DNA from: the human T2T-CHM13v2.0 reference genome, Homo sapiens
DNA: 64,000 nucleotides
Assembly: GCF_009914755.1 (NCBI RefSeq)
Contig: NC_060929.1
Strand: one strand, 5' to 3'
Position numbers and translations under genes: made by a program. Shown in pieces: positions 1 through 12,708 of this stretch (position 1 is its first letter; each line of letters opens with the position of its first letter). The notes under the pieces were generated by a model. The model ran no database searches, was not told the DNA's origin, and saw only the letters and a list, made by a program, of their open reading frames with translations.

Positions 1-1062
1 TTCTTTACTTTACCTATAATTTCTACCCTATCTTGGGATTTGCTATTCGTATAGCTTCTCTTGCTAATTCTATCCAGAATAGCCAAAATAATACTTTATA
101 AACGATAAGTGACAAATATGATATATTGAAAGTATGCAAGTACCTCTGTCTTATTAGTTTCTGGGACTTGACACTACTGAATTGCTTTTAGATTCAGCAA
201 GGATTTCACAAAACTCACAGAAAAATAAAATCATCATCAACATCTTGCAAGGACAAGCAATGCTTCACTGATTGAGATGTGTGGCAGATTTGGAGCATTT
301 TTTCTCTGTGTGATATAGATTTAATGTTTCTAATTAAAACCAAGAACTGTGACAAAACTGTTTGCCTTTTTGAGCTTGTCTACTGAAAAAAATATTTTTT
401 TCTTGTTTCTAACCTGCCATACATTAAACCTCTCCAAGATCAAATTGTTCTTTCCTTACATTGCAGTTAACAATTCATTTTCTCCCCAAAATTAAAACTA
501 CAAATACAACATTTCTCTATGCTTTCTAGTTGTTTGAGATAAACTTAATTTTGAACAGTATCCATATGTTTTTTATGAGGCAAATGCTGTTGAGTTTTGA
601 AATGGGCAGTTTCTAGGAGGAATCGTTTCTCCACCATTTTTGGCATTAACCACACTGATAGCGCATGATGATTAATACTTCTAGAATGGCGACACATTCC
701 CTGCATTGAATAAGTACAGATGGTGCTGATTGTTTTTCCTACTTGTCATTGACTTTTAACTCACATTCACATTGAGTCCCAAAGTGTTATCCTCTTGGTG
801 AAGAATAACGATGATGTGACCTCCAGATTAAAGATGTGACTTGTCAGTCGTTTTCAGACTCTGGCATTCGGAGTTGAGAACTCTTTTCCTGCTGCTCGGT
901 GGCCTGCTATTAGCACTTTGTAAAGGCAAGATATCTACCTTTATTGCATCCCTGTTCTCTCTAGTCTCTACCTCAACTCTGAATCTCCAATCTCTCCTTC
1001 CTTGTTCTACGGGCTTCAGGAAGGGTTCCAGAAACCTCTTAAATTCCTTTTCATTTGTGCAA

Positions 1063-1097
1063 ACACCACACACATGCACACACACACACACACACAT
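1063..1097. repeat. (CA)n microsatellite, interrupted
   Basis: Direct reading. Confidence 0.9.
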
Positions 1098-1811
1098 ATT
1101 CAGTGCTTAGTGGAGTGCCCGATACAAACTATTAATAAAGTTCGGTAAATTGCTGATAAAATAAAAGAATAACCAATGAAATTAATTACATTGAAATATG
1201 AAGAAAGGTTCCAGTGAATTTTGGAGTTGGATGAAAACGTTTGTTTTGTTGCTGATTCTATGAAGGTAAATATAAAGAAAGATTCATTATTTAAGGGAAT
1301 AGAGAGATTAATGTGGATACCATTTATAAGTTAAATGCATTAATAGACATTAACATTTCAAAATAATTCCTAAGCTACAACTACAAGGTGATTGGTAATT
1401 TTCTGAAAGTAATGTAATTATTACATTGTGAAAATAAATTATATATATAAAACTAGTTAGTGTTTATTAAGTTTAAAGTTTTGTCTACGAAACTGATTCT
1501 GAAATTATTTTTCAGATTAAAATCTTAACTGTTCTCCTCACCCTTTCTTTAACTTTTTATTTTCCTTACTGGTACATTATACCTCATTAAGAAAGAATAG
1601 AAATAAAGAAAGAGAGAAACAACTGTAATTGTTGCAAAGTAAATTAATCTTATTGAATATTTTTCTAGTCTAGATAATATCAAAAAGATGTAAAACATGT
1701 ATATATGTCAACACCTTATATTAGTAAGATATGATCATTATTATTTCTATGGTTGAGAAATGTATGTGAATTACATACAAATTGTATGCAAATATATACC
1801 TGCATTGGATA

Positions 1812-2325
1812 GTGTTAGAGCTCCCATACATATTTCACCCTTCCCCACTATGTAGTAGCCCTGGAATTTGAGTGGGATTGATCCCACTGACAGCTCTAAG
1901 GGTGAGTTCTGATGGATCCTTTCTCATTGTCACAGTGATTGGTTTGGGGTGGGCATATCTTTCATATGGAAGCCAGTCAACATGTCCTCAGTCGTAGTGA
2001 TTACCTATTTAAGATCAGTCAATTAGAATAAAACATAGGACTTCTGTTCTAAGGTCATGGAAAGCAACTCTGTCTCTATCTCTGGCCATGAACAAAGTCG
2101 TCTGTAGTCCCAGTTCTGTTGGCAGCCACTCCATGCCTGCAAGGAAAGCCAGCCCTCAGAAGAAGCCACACTGTTTATGGAAAGATACCACATGCTGATA
2201 ATATCAATGATTAACCTTGAAGTACCTTTAACTTCTGGACTTTATAGGCACATGAGCCAGCAAATTCCCTGATGAGTTAACTACTATTAGTCACCTTTTC
2301 TGTTACTTGTAGCTGAAAATATCCT
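1812..2325. mobile_element. Old MaLR (MLT1-type) solo LTR, approximate bounds
   Basis: Typical MLT1 3' motifs (ctggactt...catgagccagcaaattccct...ttttctgttacttgtagctgaaa). Confidence 0.55.
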
Positions 2326-3429
2326 TCACAGAACAATAGCCATCAAAACACCTTCATCCATTTGACAACAAGCCATGAGAAAATCCTGGAAGATGATTTT
2401 TGAGAAATGTCTTCTTAGGATTCCCTACTGTCTTGTTTGTTTTTACTTATTTGAGACCAGATTCTTTATTGAAAGTATATGAAAATGATTTTTAAATGAA
2501 ATATTTAGATGAATTACATTTAATTTTACAGCTAATAAATTTATGAGAAATGTTATTGGAGGCATAACTAGGGACATAAAGAACATGGATTCCACAAAAC
2601 CTAGAGTAGCAAAGCATTAGAAAAAACATGAAGAATATTTTAAAACATAGTGACAGCGGAAACAACCTGGAAGACATTTCTCGGTGAGGATAGCAGCCTA
2701 ACGAATATGTCTTGAAACCATGACTGTTTTGTACCATGCCTATCTCTAATGGCTTGCATTGTGATAGGCACAAGACAATGATAAATGTTTCCAAATAAGT
2801 GATCTACTCTCAAGAAGTGAATGTTATAAAGAAAAGTAAATAAATCCTAGGAAAACCATAATTAGGTACTCACCAACACAGTAGTAACATTTTAAGGAAA
2901 ACAGCGTATATAAGCAAAAGAATGAATAGAGATTGTGCTGTAAGTTGAACAATTGTTTCCTGGGTAAAAATCAAGAATAATATGAAAAATATAAGTATGT
3001 GAACTAGGCATTTATTGGTAGAAAGTAATAGGAAGCAATTTTGACTAGAAAAGAAAAAAGGAATTTATTGTTGGCATATTGGGGCTCATGGAATCAGCAG
3101 AAGGCTGAGTTAGGTTTAGAAACGAGCAGAAACCAAGACCACTCCAGAGACTAAGAAGCAAGACTTATAACAGGAATAGTTAGGTCAGAATGCTGCTGTT
3201 TAAGGACAAGATAGAGGTTGGTGGTGACCAAATGAAAGCTGTTTTGGAAGAGTCTATGAATACTCGATTGGAGAAGATTGAAGAGAGAATGGAAAAACAA
3301 GCCACTCTTCTGAAGAAGTTTTCACAAAAGGGAGCATAGAAAAAGAAGAGGTCAAGGGAGGTTTGTTTGTCTTTAAATGGTGCTAGTTGAGCATGTTTCT
3401 GTGATGACAGGACTGAACCACTGGATGCA

Positions 3430-3712
3430 ACACATTTCCCTGCAAGCGCCCCAAAGCTGGTTCCTTCTCATCTTTCACATCTCTGCTCTATGTCACCTCC
3501 TGGTCCTAGTCTTATGACATCGTTTTATTTTCTCGATAACACTTGTGTCTGTCTGTAATTATCTTCTGTATTTGTTTGATTGCCCTCTACCAACTAAAGT
3601 ACGAAATTCATGAGAGCAGCAACTTTGTCCTGCTTATCACTGTCATATAAGCATCCAGAACAGTGTCTGTCGCAAAGCTGAGCCTTAATAAATATTTGTG
3701 GGATAAAATTAA
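3430..3712 (+). mobile_element. L2 LINE 3' end fragment
   Basis: L2 terminal signature (catccagaacagtgtctg...ccttaataaatatttgtgg). Confidence 0.65.
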
Positions 3713-4729
3713 AAAACAGATAACTAGAACTTCAACTATTTCTTTCCTTCTTATGTTAACTGTTTGAGATTCAAAGACCCAGGATCCAGTTGCTGATGAG
3801 CCAAGTTCAACGCTGTGTAGTCCTTTGTCTGGGCAGGGTCTGCACCACCTTATATTATTTGACGGGGGCTAGCTAGGTAACTGAGTTTACTGTCAGTCCA
3901 AAGCCAACTATGAGGGGAGAGAGGCCATTCTCACAGGAAAATCAAATACTGCTAGGAATTTCCAAATGACAATTGCTCTGCGCAGTAAGGCACAGTAAGG
4001 AGGGAGAAGAAATGTTCATTTCTTGCTACAAACAAGCCAGAAACGAAAAGTTTATATTCCGGCTGATCCATTAACAACTGTCAGTTTCATCCCTAGGTTT
4101 CCCAAGAAAAAATTTTAGGACCAAGGGGACAGACAAGTCTGTCTGCTTACACAGATAAACATCCCTCTTCATTAAAACAGGCTGGGAGTCTGGAGATAAT
4201 TAGACCCACTGCGTCAAGCAATCAGCAACACAGGGAAGAGGTCAGAAAAACAATGACAAGTGACCTGGCTAATTCTTAAGAGAAACAGAGGAAAGCCTTT
4301 GCAATCACTTGAAAGACTTTTTGGCTGTTGTGGCTCATGGCCTGATCTGTACTTGTTTGTTTGCTGTTACTTTGGTTTCTCTGTCACTTTCGCCCTTCCT
4401 CTTGTCCTCCCCTAGCACAGACACACTCACCTAGACTCTCAGACATGGGCACAGTCACCTCGCGTTCATCACAATGAAAACATAGTGAACTTTCCCAGGT
4501 CAGCTTTGGGAAGGGTGGTCATTTTTCTCTGCAAGATTCTACCTCCCCAGGAGGAAAATCTAAGAAGTGCTCCTGTTTGTTTTTATTTGCTTATTTTTTT
4601 TTATTTTTTATTTTTTTCAGTGCTTGGGATCTGTTAAGTTAGAAGATCTTTTTGGAAATCCCAAACGTGCTTCATCAATTTTTTCCAATAAGACGTTAGT
4701 AGCTACTAGAATGATAGCGTGATAAAATA

Positions 4730-4850
4730 ATGAGCTCCACGAGGGCAGGAACAGTATCGATTTCATTCGTGCTGAGCACCTTGCCTAGCACAAAGTGAGT
4801 TTTCAATAAATATTTGGTGAATAAACAAATCAATACATAAATGAAAGAGT
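4730..4850 (+). mobile_element. L2 3' end fragment
   Basis: gagggcagg...tgcctagcacaaagtgagttttcaataaatatttggtgaataaa. Confidence 0.6.
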
Positions 4851-5906
4851 GAGTGGACAGATGAAGCCAAAGGGCTATTTTCCAAGCAGAGGCTCCAAAG
4901 ACCACTGCAGCTTTCTCTGCTCTCCTCAGCCACACCACTTCATTGTAAATCTATTATCTCTTCTGTCTTGCCCTTTTCTCATTGCAATGTTCTCCCTTCC
5001 ATTCCCCTTTCTGATCCTACTGATATTTACTCACCTAAGTTAGATAAGACATCCTGATAAGCACGAGCCATGGAACATATAAAATATGCATATTCTTAAG
5101 ATTCCTCCTTGTTATATACGCATTATATGATTTCTGATTCTAAGAAAAGATATGTTTTTGATAGGCTACAAGGTAAGTTTTAAAATTGTACGTAATAATC
5201 TACAAGATCCCCAATGAGCTTACAGCATTTTTTCAATTTAAAACAATGTTAATGGTGGAAGTGTCAATGATTTATATGTATTTCTAGAAGTTTTGTTATA
5301 ATACCTCTTTGTTTTCTTTACATTTAGAGGGAGAAAATGTAGTTTTTCTAAACTAAAGCTCAACTTTTTAAAATAAAATCATTTGAGTGACTTTCATAAG
5401 TACTTTTCCTTAATTATAAAAGAAAAATACCATTAATTTTATTAGTTAGCATGCTTAGAATTCTGTAGGTCAATATGCCTTTAATGACCCAGCCAATTTC
5501 CTCAGCACTACCTTCTGAAATCCTTCCCATGCAGTATTTTTTTAAAGGAGAAATGGGAATGGAAAAGTCACTTTGTTTTTCAAGGACTTTTTGAAAGCCT
5601 GCTTTTGTACTAGCCATATCTCTCCACCTCTCTTTTTGATCAGCTAGATGTATGATAAGATTAATAACCATTACAAATAATTAGTGCCTACAGTGCCTTT
5701 CACCAGCCATTATTGAGATGACTTTTCTTTTATAAAATATTATGACTACAACTACACAGTGAACATCTGGACATTCCTCTAAAATGCACTAAAGTGTAAT
5801 CTACTCTGTGGGTTTTTTTTTTTTTTTTTTAAATGAGATGAGCTAAAGAAACAGAACAAAAATGTTAGCTAGAAGGGATGACAGAAATAGTTCAAGTGGT
5901 TCTTCC

Positions 5907-6117
<211 letters not shown>

Positions 6118-7143
6118 TGATTTCTGATCCCCAACAGGCTGCTAACTACATGCAAGGCCGATTGCCCAATCCTTGCCTTTCCACAACTACCCATTTAGTG
6201 TTGGCTTTTCTATCCAGAACAACAACCGCTCAATAGTTCTTAATTTTATTTATAGGGTTTTTTTTACCAAGGGGCTGGGTCACTTGAAGTTTTGTTGAAG
6301 AAGTAAATGCTAATTATACTCTTTAATAGATCAGTCTTAACTATTCATTCCTGTTACTATTGTAGTTACTTGCTCTATAATGCTCTAACCCTAGAAGCAA
6401 ATTCTGTGATTAGAAACATTGCTGTCATGCCAGTTTAATTTATTTTAGGATGAGCCGTGTGACTAGATTGGGTGAGTCCAGGACATACAGACCAAAATCC
6501 AGGAATGATTCTGAGCTGTGGACTGCAGGGATCCTACCTGTACTTCCTGTCAGAGCAGAAAGTGAAGCGGATACAGGTTCACCTGGGTCTACAAATGCAT
6601 CCAGGGAGAGATACAGCAACTGGCTGGGAGAAAGTAGCTGGTGTCTTTGGACAAGCAACAGGGAAGATGGAGCAGCAGTTGCAGGTGAACAGTGAGCAAA
6701 CTACCAGCTAATCAGGCACAATGAATCACTTGTGCAATCCTGTGTTAGGAAAGAAGCTTTCATGAGAATGTGGCCGGGTGGGGTCTTCTGTCTGGGGCCG
6801 GCGGGTCCCAGGGAAAGCAGATCATCACAATAAGGGGTTGGTCTGTGGTGACACCACTGATTGCCTGTAAACCAATGCATTTCTGGGTGTGCACCCCTCT
6901 CAGACAGCAGTGTGGCTGTTTCCTTAGCATTGGTTCTGGATGTAAACATGCCTTGGTTTGAGCACAAAACCACTGTTTCTGTTCCACTTTGAATGAGTTT
7001 TCCAGAAATGATGGCTATGTGGTGATTCTTCACCTATTCTCATGCCTGGATCTGATTTGTGAGATGTTTTGAGAGGTTACTGCAGCTTTGTAACGGAGAT
7101 TTTTTTCTTTGGGAAGTTAACTGTCTTTTCCACATCCATTGTG

Positions 7144-7156
7144 GTAGCCTAGCAAC
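7144..7156 (+). promoter_or_regulatory. RFX X-box in the putative CCDC192 promoter
   Basis: GTAGCCTAGCAAC fits GTNRCC-N-RGYAAC and lies ~45 nt upstream of the first ATG. Confidence 0.6.
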
Positions 7157-7202
7157 AAGGGACAGCAGAGCAATAGCAGGGATTCTAAAACTCTAAGGAA
7201 TG

Positions 7203-7318
7203 ATGCCTGTTGACGTCTGTCCCAGGGACAGGGGATCCCAGTGGGTCTGGCTTGAGATGGGACAATGCTATAGCAAGAAATCTGTGGTCCCAGAGTCTGA
7301 CACCTCAGAGAGAAGCAG
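7203..7318 (+). CDS. CCDC192: Coiled-coil domain-containing protein 192, first coding exon (MPVDVCPRDRGSQWVWLEMGQCYSKKSVVPESDTSERS); in-frame ATGs at 7200, 7203 and 7257
   Basis: In-frame TAA at 7194-7196 closes the ORF upstream. The exon ends at a consensus donor CAG|gtgagt (7319), phase 2, matching exon 2. The peptide matches my recollection of the human CCDC192 N-terminus. Confidence 0.88.
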
Positions 7319-7994
7319 GTGAGTTCCCAGCTCCTCTCATCCCAAAATAATTCATGGGAATTTCTGGATAAAGTAGCTTTCACTCAGTACTTAAAAAAAA
7401 ATCTTTCTTTAAAGTCTGGGGAATAACAGCAGACAGACTTTTTATCCTTTCCTGGAGAGTGACCCCTTTCTTTGAAAGCTGCTGTCTTCCCAGATCACAG
7501 GGCATGGCCTGACACACAGTAGGGGTTCAATAAATATTTGTTGAACAAATAAATTGTCCCTTACTTGGTCTTCTAAAAATCACACACTCACCCACCCCAG
7601 CCATTTTACTGATGTGGGAAGGGGGAGGGTATGAAGCCAGCCTTCTTTCAGTTGAAAGGAAATGTCATCTTCACTACTCTCTTGCCAAGAGATGCACACA
7701 CAAAAAGCTGGGTCATTCCTCCTCTACATGTTCCCCACATAAAAACCTAGATCAATGTTGGCTAGAAATATGGAAGTACAGTTCACTTCTCTAATTGATC
7801 TGCATTTAATTACTAGAAATTTTGCATGTTGACACCATACTCATTTCCCTTTCAAATGTGGAAATATCTTCCATTTACAATTTTCTTTTAAATCTTGAGT
7901 GAGAGGTGGCCACATCTCTGTAGCAGGAGCTACATCCTATAGGGCAGTATCCTTGTGGGATGTTCACATGCAACCATGGTTCTGCTTTTTAAAG

Positions 7995-8340
<346 letters not shown>

Positions 8341-8595
8341 TGATCCTTGTTCTTATTTGCTTTTCGTCTTGGGTCTATGGTCTGTGGATGATATGAGAAA
8401 TTCACAAATCTAAGATTTTATGTAAAATGTTGTTTATTTGTGCAAAGGATTCCATAAGCCTCAAAAATTAAATAATCTATGGGAGGGAGTAAGGCTTTAT
8501 CCATTTATTAAAGCTAATGAAATTTAGCAAACACTCATTTTCTTTTATTTTCCCAGAACAAAGCAGCTAAAGAGATAACATATCTCCCCAGTAAG

Positions 8596-8651
8596 CCTAG
8601 ATCGCGACACTGCACTCCAGCCTGGGCGACAGAGCGAAACTCCATCTAAAA

Positions 8652-8690
<39 letters not shown>

Positions 8691-8691
8691 A
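8596..8691 (+). mobile_element. Heavily 5'-truncated Alu 3' end with (TAAA)n tail
   Basis: gatcgcgacactgcactccagcctgggcgacagagcg followed by TAAA repeats. Confidence 0.9.
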
Positions 8692-9037
8692 TCATTTATT
8701 CACCCAGGCTAATTGGTGACTAGTCCTCCAATTTGACATGAAGAATGAAGTAAAAAGTTTAGAAAGCGGAAAGACATTTCATTTAAAGGAAGGAAATTTC
8801 AATGTTCTTATAATGCACTGAGAAAAATGCCGTATCATTACTCCCTGCCAATAGAAATTTAAAGAAGTTTTTCCAGGTTTCCAGTGAACCCTGAAGTAAG
8901 AAAACAATGCAATAAAAACAAACTTTATAAACATATTTGTTAATTATATTTTGTCTTTATCTCAAAGCTAATAGGCTTTCTAAAGCTTTCTTCCCCCCTT
9001 AATTATTGTACAACATGACTTCTCCTGTGTATGCTGG

Positions 9038-9070
9038 GTTACCATGGTTACTCTGAGGCCATGACTCATG
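9038..9070. promoter_or_regulatory. Candidate intron-1 enhancer: near-palindromic X-box plus AP-1 site
   Basis: GTTACCATGGTTAC at 9038-9051 (1 mismatch from a perfect palindromic X-box) and TGACTCA at 9062-9068. Confidence 0.4.
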
Positions 9071-10052
9071 ACCTTTAAATATAATTGTCAGGCAGCCAAA
9101 GCTCTCATTTTTAAATCACCAGTTTTGTTTCAGGCATTATTATTTAAAAGTAGTCTCAAATTGTACTTTCTGTGATGCATTTGTGGCACATCTGAGTATG
9201 CACATAAGGGTATTGCACTCACGTATTTTGTTTTGTTTGGTTTCATTCGGTGACTGAATATGACTTTTTTGCCCAGCATAAAAAACAAACGAAGCACAGT
9301 CCTTGTCCTCTATGAGGGTGTCACTGAGAAATGCAAAACACAGGTAGAGAAATAATCACATATATCATGAACCATAATAAGGGCTGCAAGAGGTGGATGT
9401 CCAAAACCTGCTTGTGGAATACAAAGGCAAGAAATACTTCTGACTGGTAGGGTCAGAGGGCCTTCAGGGAGAGGCAGCATTTGAGTTATGGTGTGAAGAA
9501 ATGTAAGATTTCAACAAGCAGAGAAGAGAGTATGAGTGTTCTGGCCAGAGGAAACAACTAAGAAGAGGATAAACACACACTCTGGACTATTAGGCTGTAC
9601 AGTTGAGGGAAAACATCCGTTTTGTGAGTTTCACTGATAGAAGATGAAATTCATTAGAGGGCTCCATTTATTAAGATCCTTTAAAGCCATTTTTTGGTTT
9701 GTCCAGCAACTGTGATGACCAAGAGTTTGTTTTCCATTTCATGATAAAGAGGTGTTGTCAAGTAGAAAGTACCAAAATACTGTTTTTTTGCTGATTTGGG
9801 TGTCGTGCGAGAAAAGCAATTACATCTCTTAGAGCACCAGTGTCTCCTTCCACTAAGTGAGAACTTAATTAATTTTGTTCAGTAGTCACTGATTACTTTG
9901 TGAACATTTGTAAATGGTTTCAAATTTTTTGAAAAATGAGTAAAAGAGAGACATGTGCACAGAAATATGGAAATAAAACAATGTATTCATGAGGAAGATA
10001 GTGGGATAGAAAATAATAAAAGTACCTTGGGATTTAAAAGTAAGGCTTTATT

Positions 10053-10350
10053 GGCAGGGCGCAGTGGCTCACGCCTGTAATCCCAGCACTTTGGGAAGCC
10101 GAGGTGGGTGGATCATGAGGTTAAGAGATCGAGACCATCCTGGCCAACATGGTGAAACCCCGTCTCTACCAAAAATACAAAAATTAGCTAGGCATGGTGG
10201 CATGTGCCTGTAATCCCAGTTACTCGGGAGACTGAGGCAGTAGAATCACTTGAACCCGGGAAGTGGAGGCAGTGAGCCGAGATTGTGCTACTGCACTCCA
10301 GCCTGGGTGACAGAGCAAGACTCCATCTCAGAAAAAAAAAAAAAAAAAAA
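10053..10350 (+). mobile_element. AluSc-like element
   Basis: Full Alu with a perfect 17-nt TSD AAAAGTAAGGCTTTATT (10036-10052, 10351-10367). Confidence 0.95.
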
Positions 10351-10419
10351 AAAAGTAAGGCTTTATTGATTGACAACAATAGAAAGGAATCTATTACATC
10401 TGTGAGGTTTATTAGATAA

Positions 10420-11150
10420 TTCATTTATTTATTCAACAAATATTTGTTGACCACCCTATCCTTCTTCAAGATGCTGAGGGTAAAGTAACAAAAACAACAG
10501 AAAAAATTTCCTGTCTTCAAGGAGTTTACATTTTCAGTTGGGAGATGACACAAAAAATATAATCAATAAGCAAACTATATAGTATGTTAGAATGTGATAA
10601 GTATCACAGAGAAAATAGTATGGTGATGAGGTGAGGGGTTAAATTTTAAATGAGATACATATGGTAGGTCCCACTGAGGTGGTGACATTTGATCAAAGAC
10701 GAGAAGGAAGGATGAGTAAGCCAAGTGGATAGACTGAAAGTATCCAGGGCCCTTGGATGTGCTGGGAACTGAGTGAAGAAAGTATTTCAGAGAGAGAGTG
10801 ATAAGTCATGTCAAAAGCTGTTAAGGTGAGTTGTGTAAAATAATCACTGGGTTTAGGAATGCAGAGATCTTTGGTGAATTGGACAAGTGCAGTTTCTGTG
10901 GAGTGGTACTAGTAGTGGTACTAGTCTAATTGCAGTGGCTTTAGCAAAAAAGAAAGAAAACTAGAAGGGAAGGAATTGGAGACAGTGAGAATATCGTTTT
11001 GCTGTAACCTGAATAGCAAAAGAGGTCAGTATAATCAAGTGGAAACTAAAACGGTAAGAAGGCTCTAGGCATGATAAATAACAACATGTTTATAAGCTAA
11101 TGGAAATGATCCAGGAGATAGAGAGAGAAGAGAGAGGGAGAGAGAACAGT
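10420..11150 (-). mobile_element. Degenerate L2
   Basis: ttcatttatttattcaacaaatatttgttga start followed by L2-like purine-rich body. Confidence 0.6.
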
Positions 11151-11516
11151 GTAGGAGACAAAGAATTCTCCACGTCTGCTGATTCTTAGGAGGTTATGCT
11201 TTCCTCTCCCCACTTTTTTTTTTTTTAGTTGAAATACAAGATTGTTCAGGTTTTCAGAACAGATTGTACTGTTCAGACTACTTATTCTCAAGAGAACTTT
11301 TAAAGGCTATTTTATCTTCTGCGAGTAAAGTTTACATTCCATTATTTTTATTTCCCTTAGAAATGTCCAGAAATTGACATTTGGAGGAAATACTTTAGAA
11401 AATTTATTTTAAATGTTACAGTGTAATGATCTATTCATTGTATGTGTGGGGGTGTGTGTGCGCACATGAGTGCCTGAAATAAAATTTTGGAATTCTAAAC
11501 GTTTACTTTTTTTCAG

Positions 11517-11568
11517 CATGACGTCTGGAAGTTCAGAGTCAGATATACCACAAGAAAACAAAGTATCG
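11517..11568 (+). CDS. CCDC192: CCDC192 coding exon 2 (52 nt, (S)MTSGSSESDIPQENKVS)
   Basis: Polypyrimidine tract with tttcag| acceptor and TCG|gtaaga donor. Phase 2 in and phase 0 out link exons 1 and 3 without a stop. Confidence 0.9.
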
Positions 11569-12354
11569 GTAAGAAATGAAGTTTGTATGAATTCTTTATT
11601 TAAAAAAATCATTACAGGTAATGAAACTAACTTCTTTAATTAATATTAAGGTTTTCTTGATATTGTTTAGTTTTCACATTTTACTAGTAAAGATTTTAGA
11701 AATAAAACATAGAAAGTTGTTTTCCAAGTAGAAGATTGATGTAAAGTGGGGTGGAGTGGTAACTATGAGATGTTACTGGGGCTTTGGAAAAGTTACGTGT
11801 GATGTGGCACAGCCTTTCTTATTTTGACATGTAATAAATGCCACACTGCTCTCTGTGGCCCTACAATACTATAGACATCCCTGGGCTATTTTTGAAGTGT
11901 CAGCTTGTGTATGAGGAAATCCTGGAATTCACACACGAATGATATACATTGGGTACAACACAGTATTTGGTTTAGCTAGACTGAGGTTTAAATCACAGTC
12001 TATTCCAGATACATCTAGTTTTATTCTCTTTCAAGTCGCTGTGACCCTTGAAGGCTTCTTACACCATGAGCTCCATTATGTCTTGGGAAAGCTGGGTCCT
12101 TTCTACCTGAGCACCACTGGGTCCCTCCCTAGGCCTCCAGTGAAAGTGTGGGTTGCTAAGAGGTGCTGGAGCTAGGTGATGGGTATACAGAAGATCATTA
12201 TACCAATTCTCTACTTTTATGTAAGTTTGAGGATTTTTCTTTGAAAAGAAAAACATTAGCTATCTATATTTCCCTCAATCTCCTTTGATTCAGGTTGAAG
12301 ACCCTCTGGACTCCACCAGAGATATTTCTGGAACAATCTTTTCAGCTCTAATAT

Positions 12355-12590
12355 AGAGGCAGTATAGTATGGAGAAAAATTACAGACTAAGAATCAAGAC
12401 TTGGGATGAGGCCAAAATTTGCCATCTCCAACCTTTGTGATGATAGCCAAGTCATTTAAACTCTCCGAGCTTTACTTTTCATCTGTAGAATAAAGATAAT
12501 GGACTTAACTAGTGCACTTCAAATAAGATTTTTGGGATGTGAAAATGGTTAAGTGCCTGAGAGTGTACAGGAGCATGGTTATTCGGAATT
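12355..12590 (+). mobile_element. MIR SINE
   Basis: gaggcagtatagtatgg...agtcatttaaactctccgagc...catctgtagaataaagataat core. Confidence 0.65.
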
Positions 12591-12708
12591 GATAGCATTC
12601 CAGTGGGCTTCCGTGTGGGCCAGGGGACTTTGTTCTTTAATTTCTCTATTTCTTTCTGGATTCAGAAGTTCTGGCCTACCAGTCCGTTGGAATCCCAGCA
12701 TCACTAGG

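Noticed and set aside
828-1110. Overlapping 89-aa ORFs on both strands
   Set aside because: Non-ATG starts, partly CA repeat, no recognisable homology or splice support.
10902-10925. 12-nt tandem duplication AGTGGTACTAGT x2
   Set aside because: A simple slippage event within a decayed L2.
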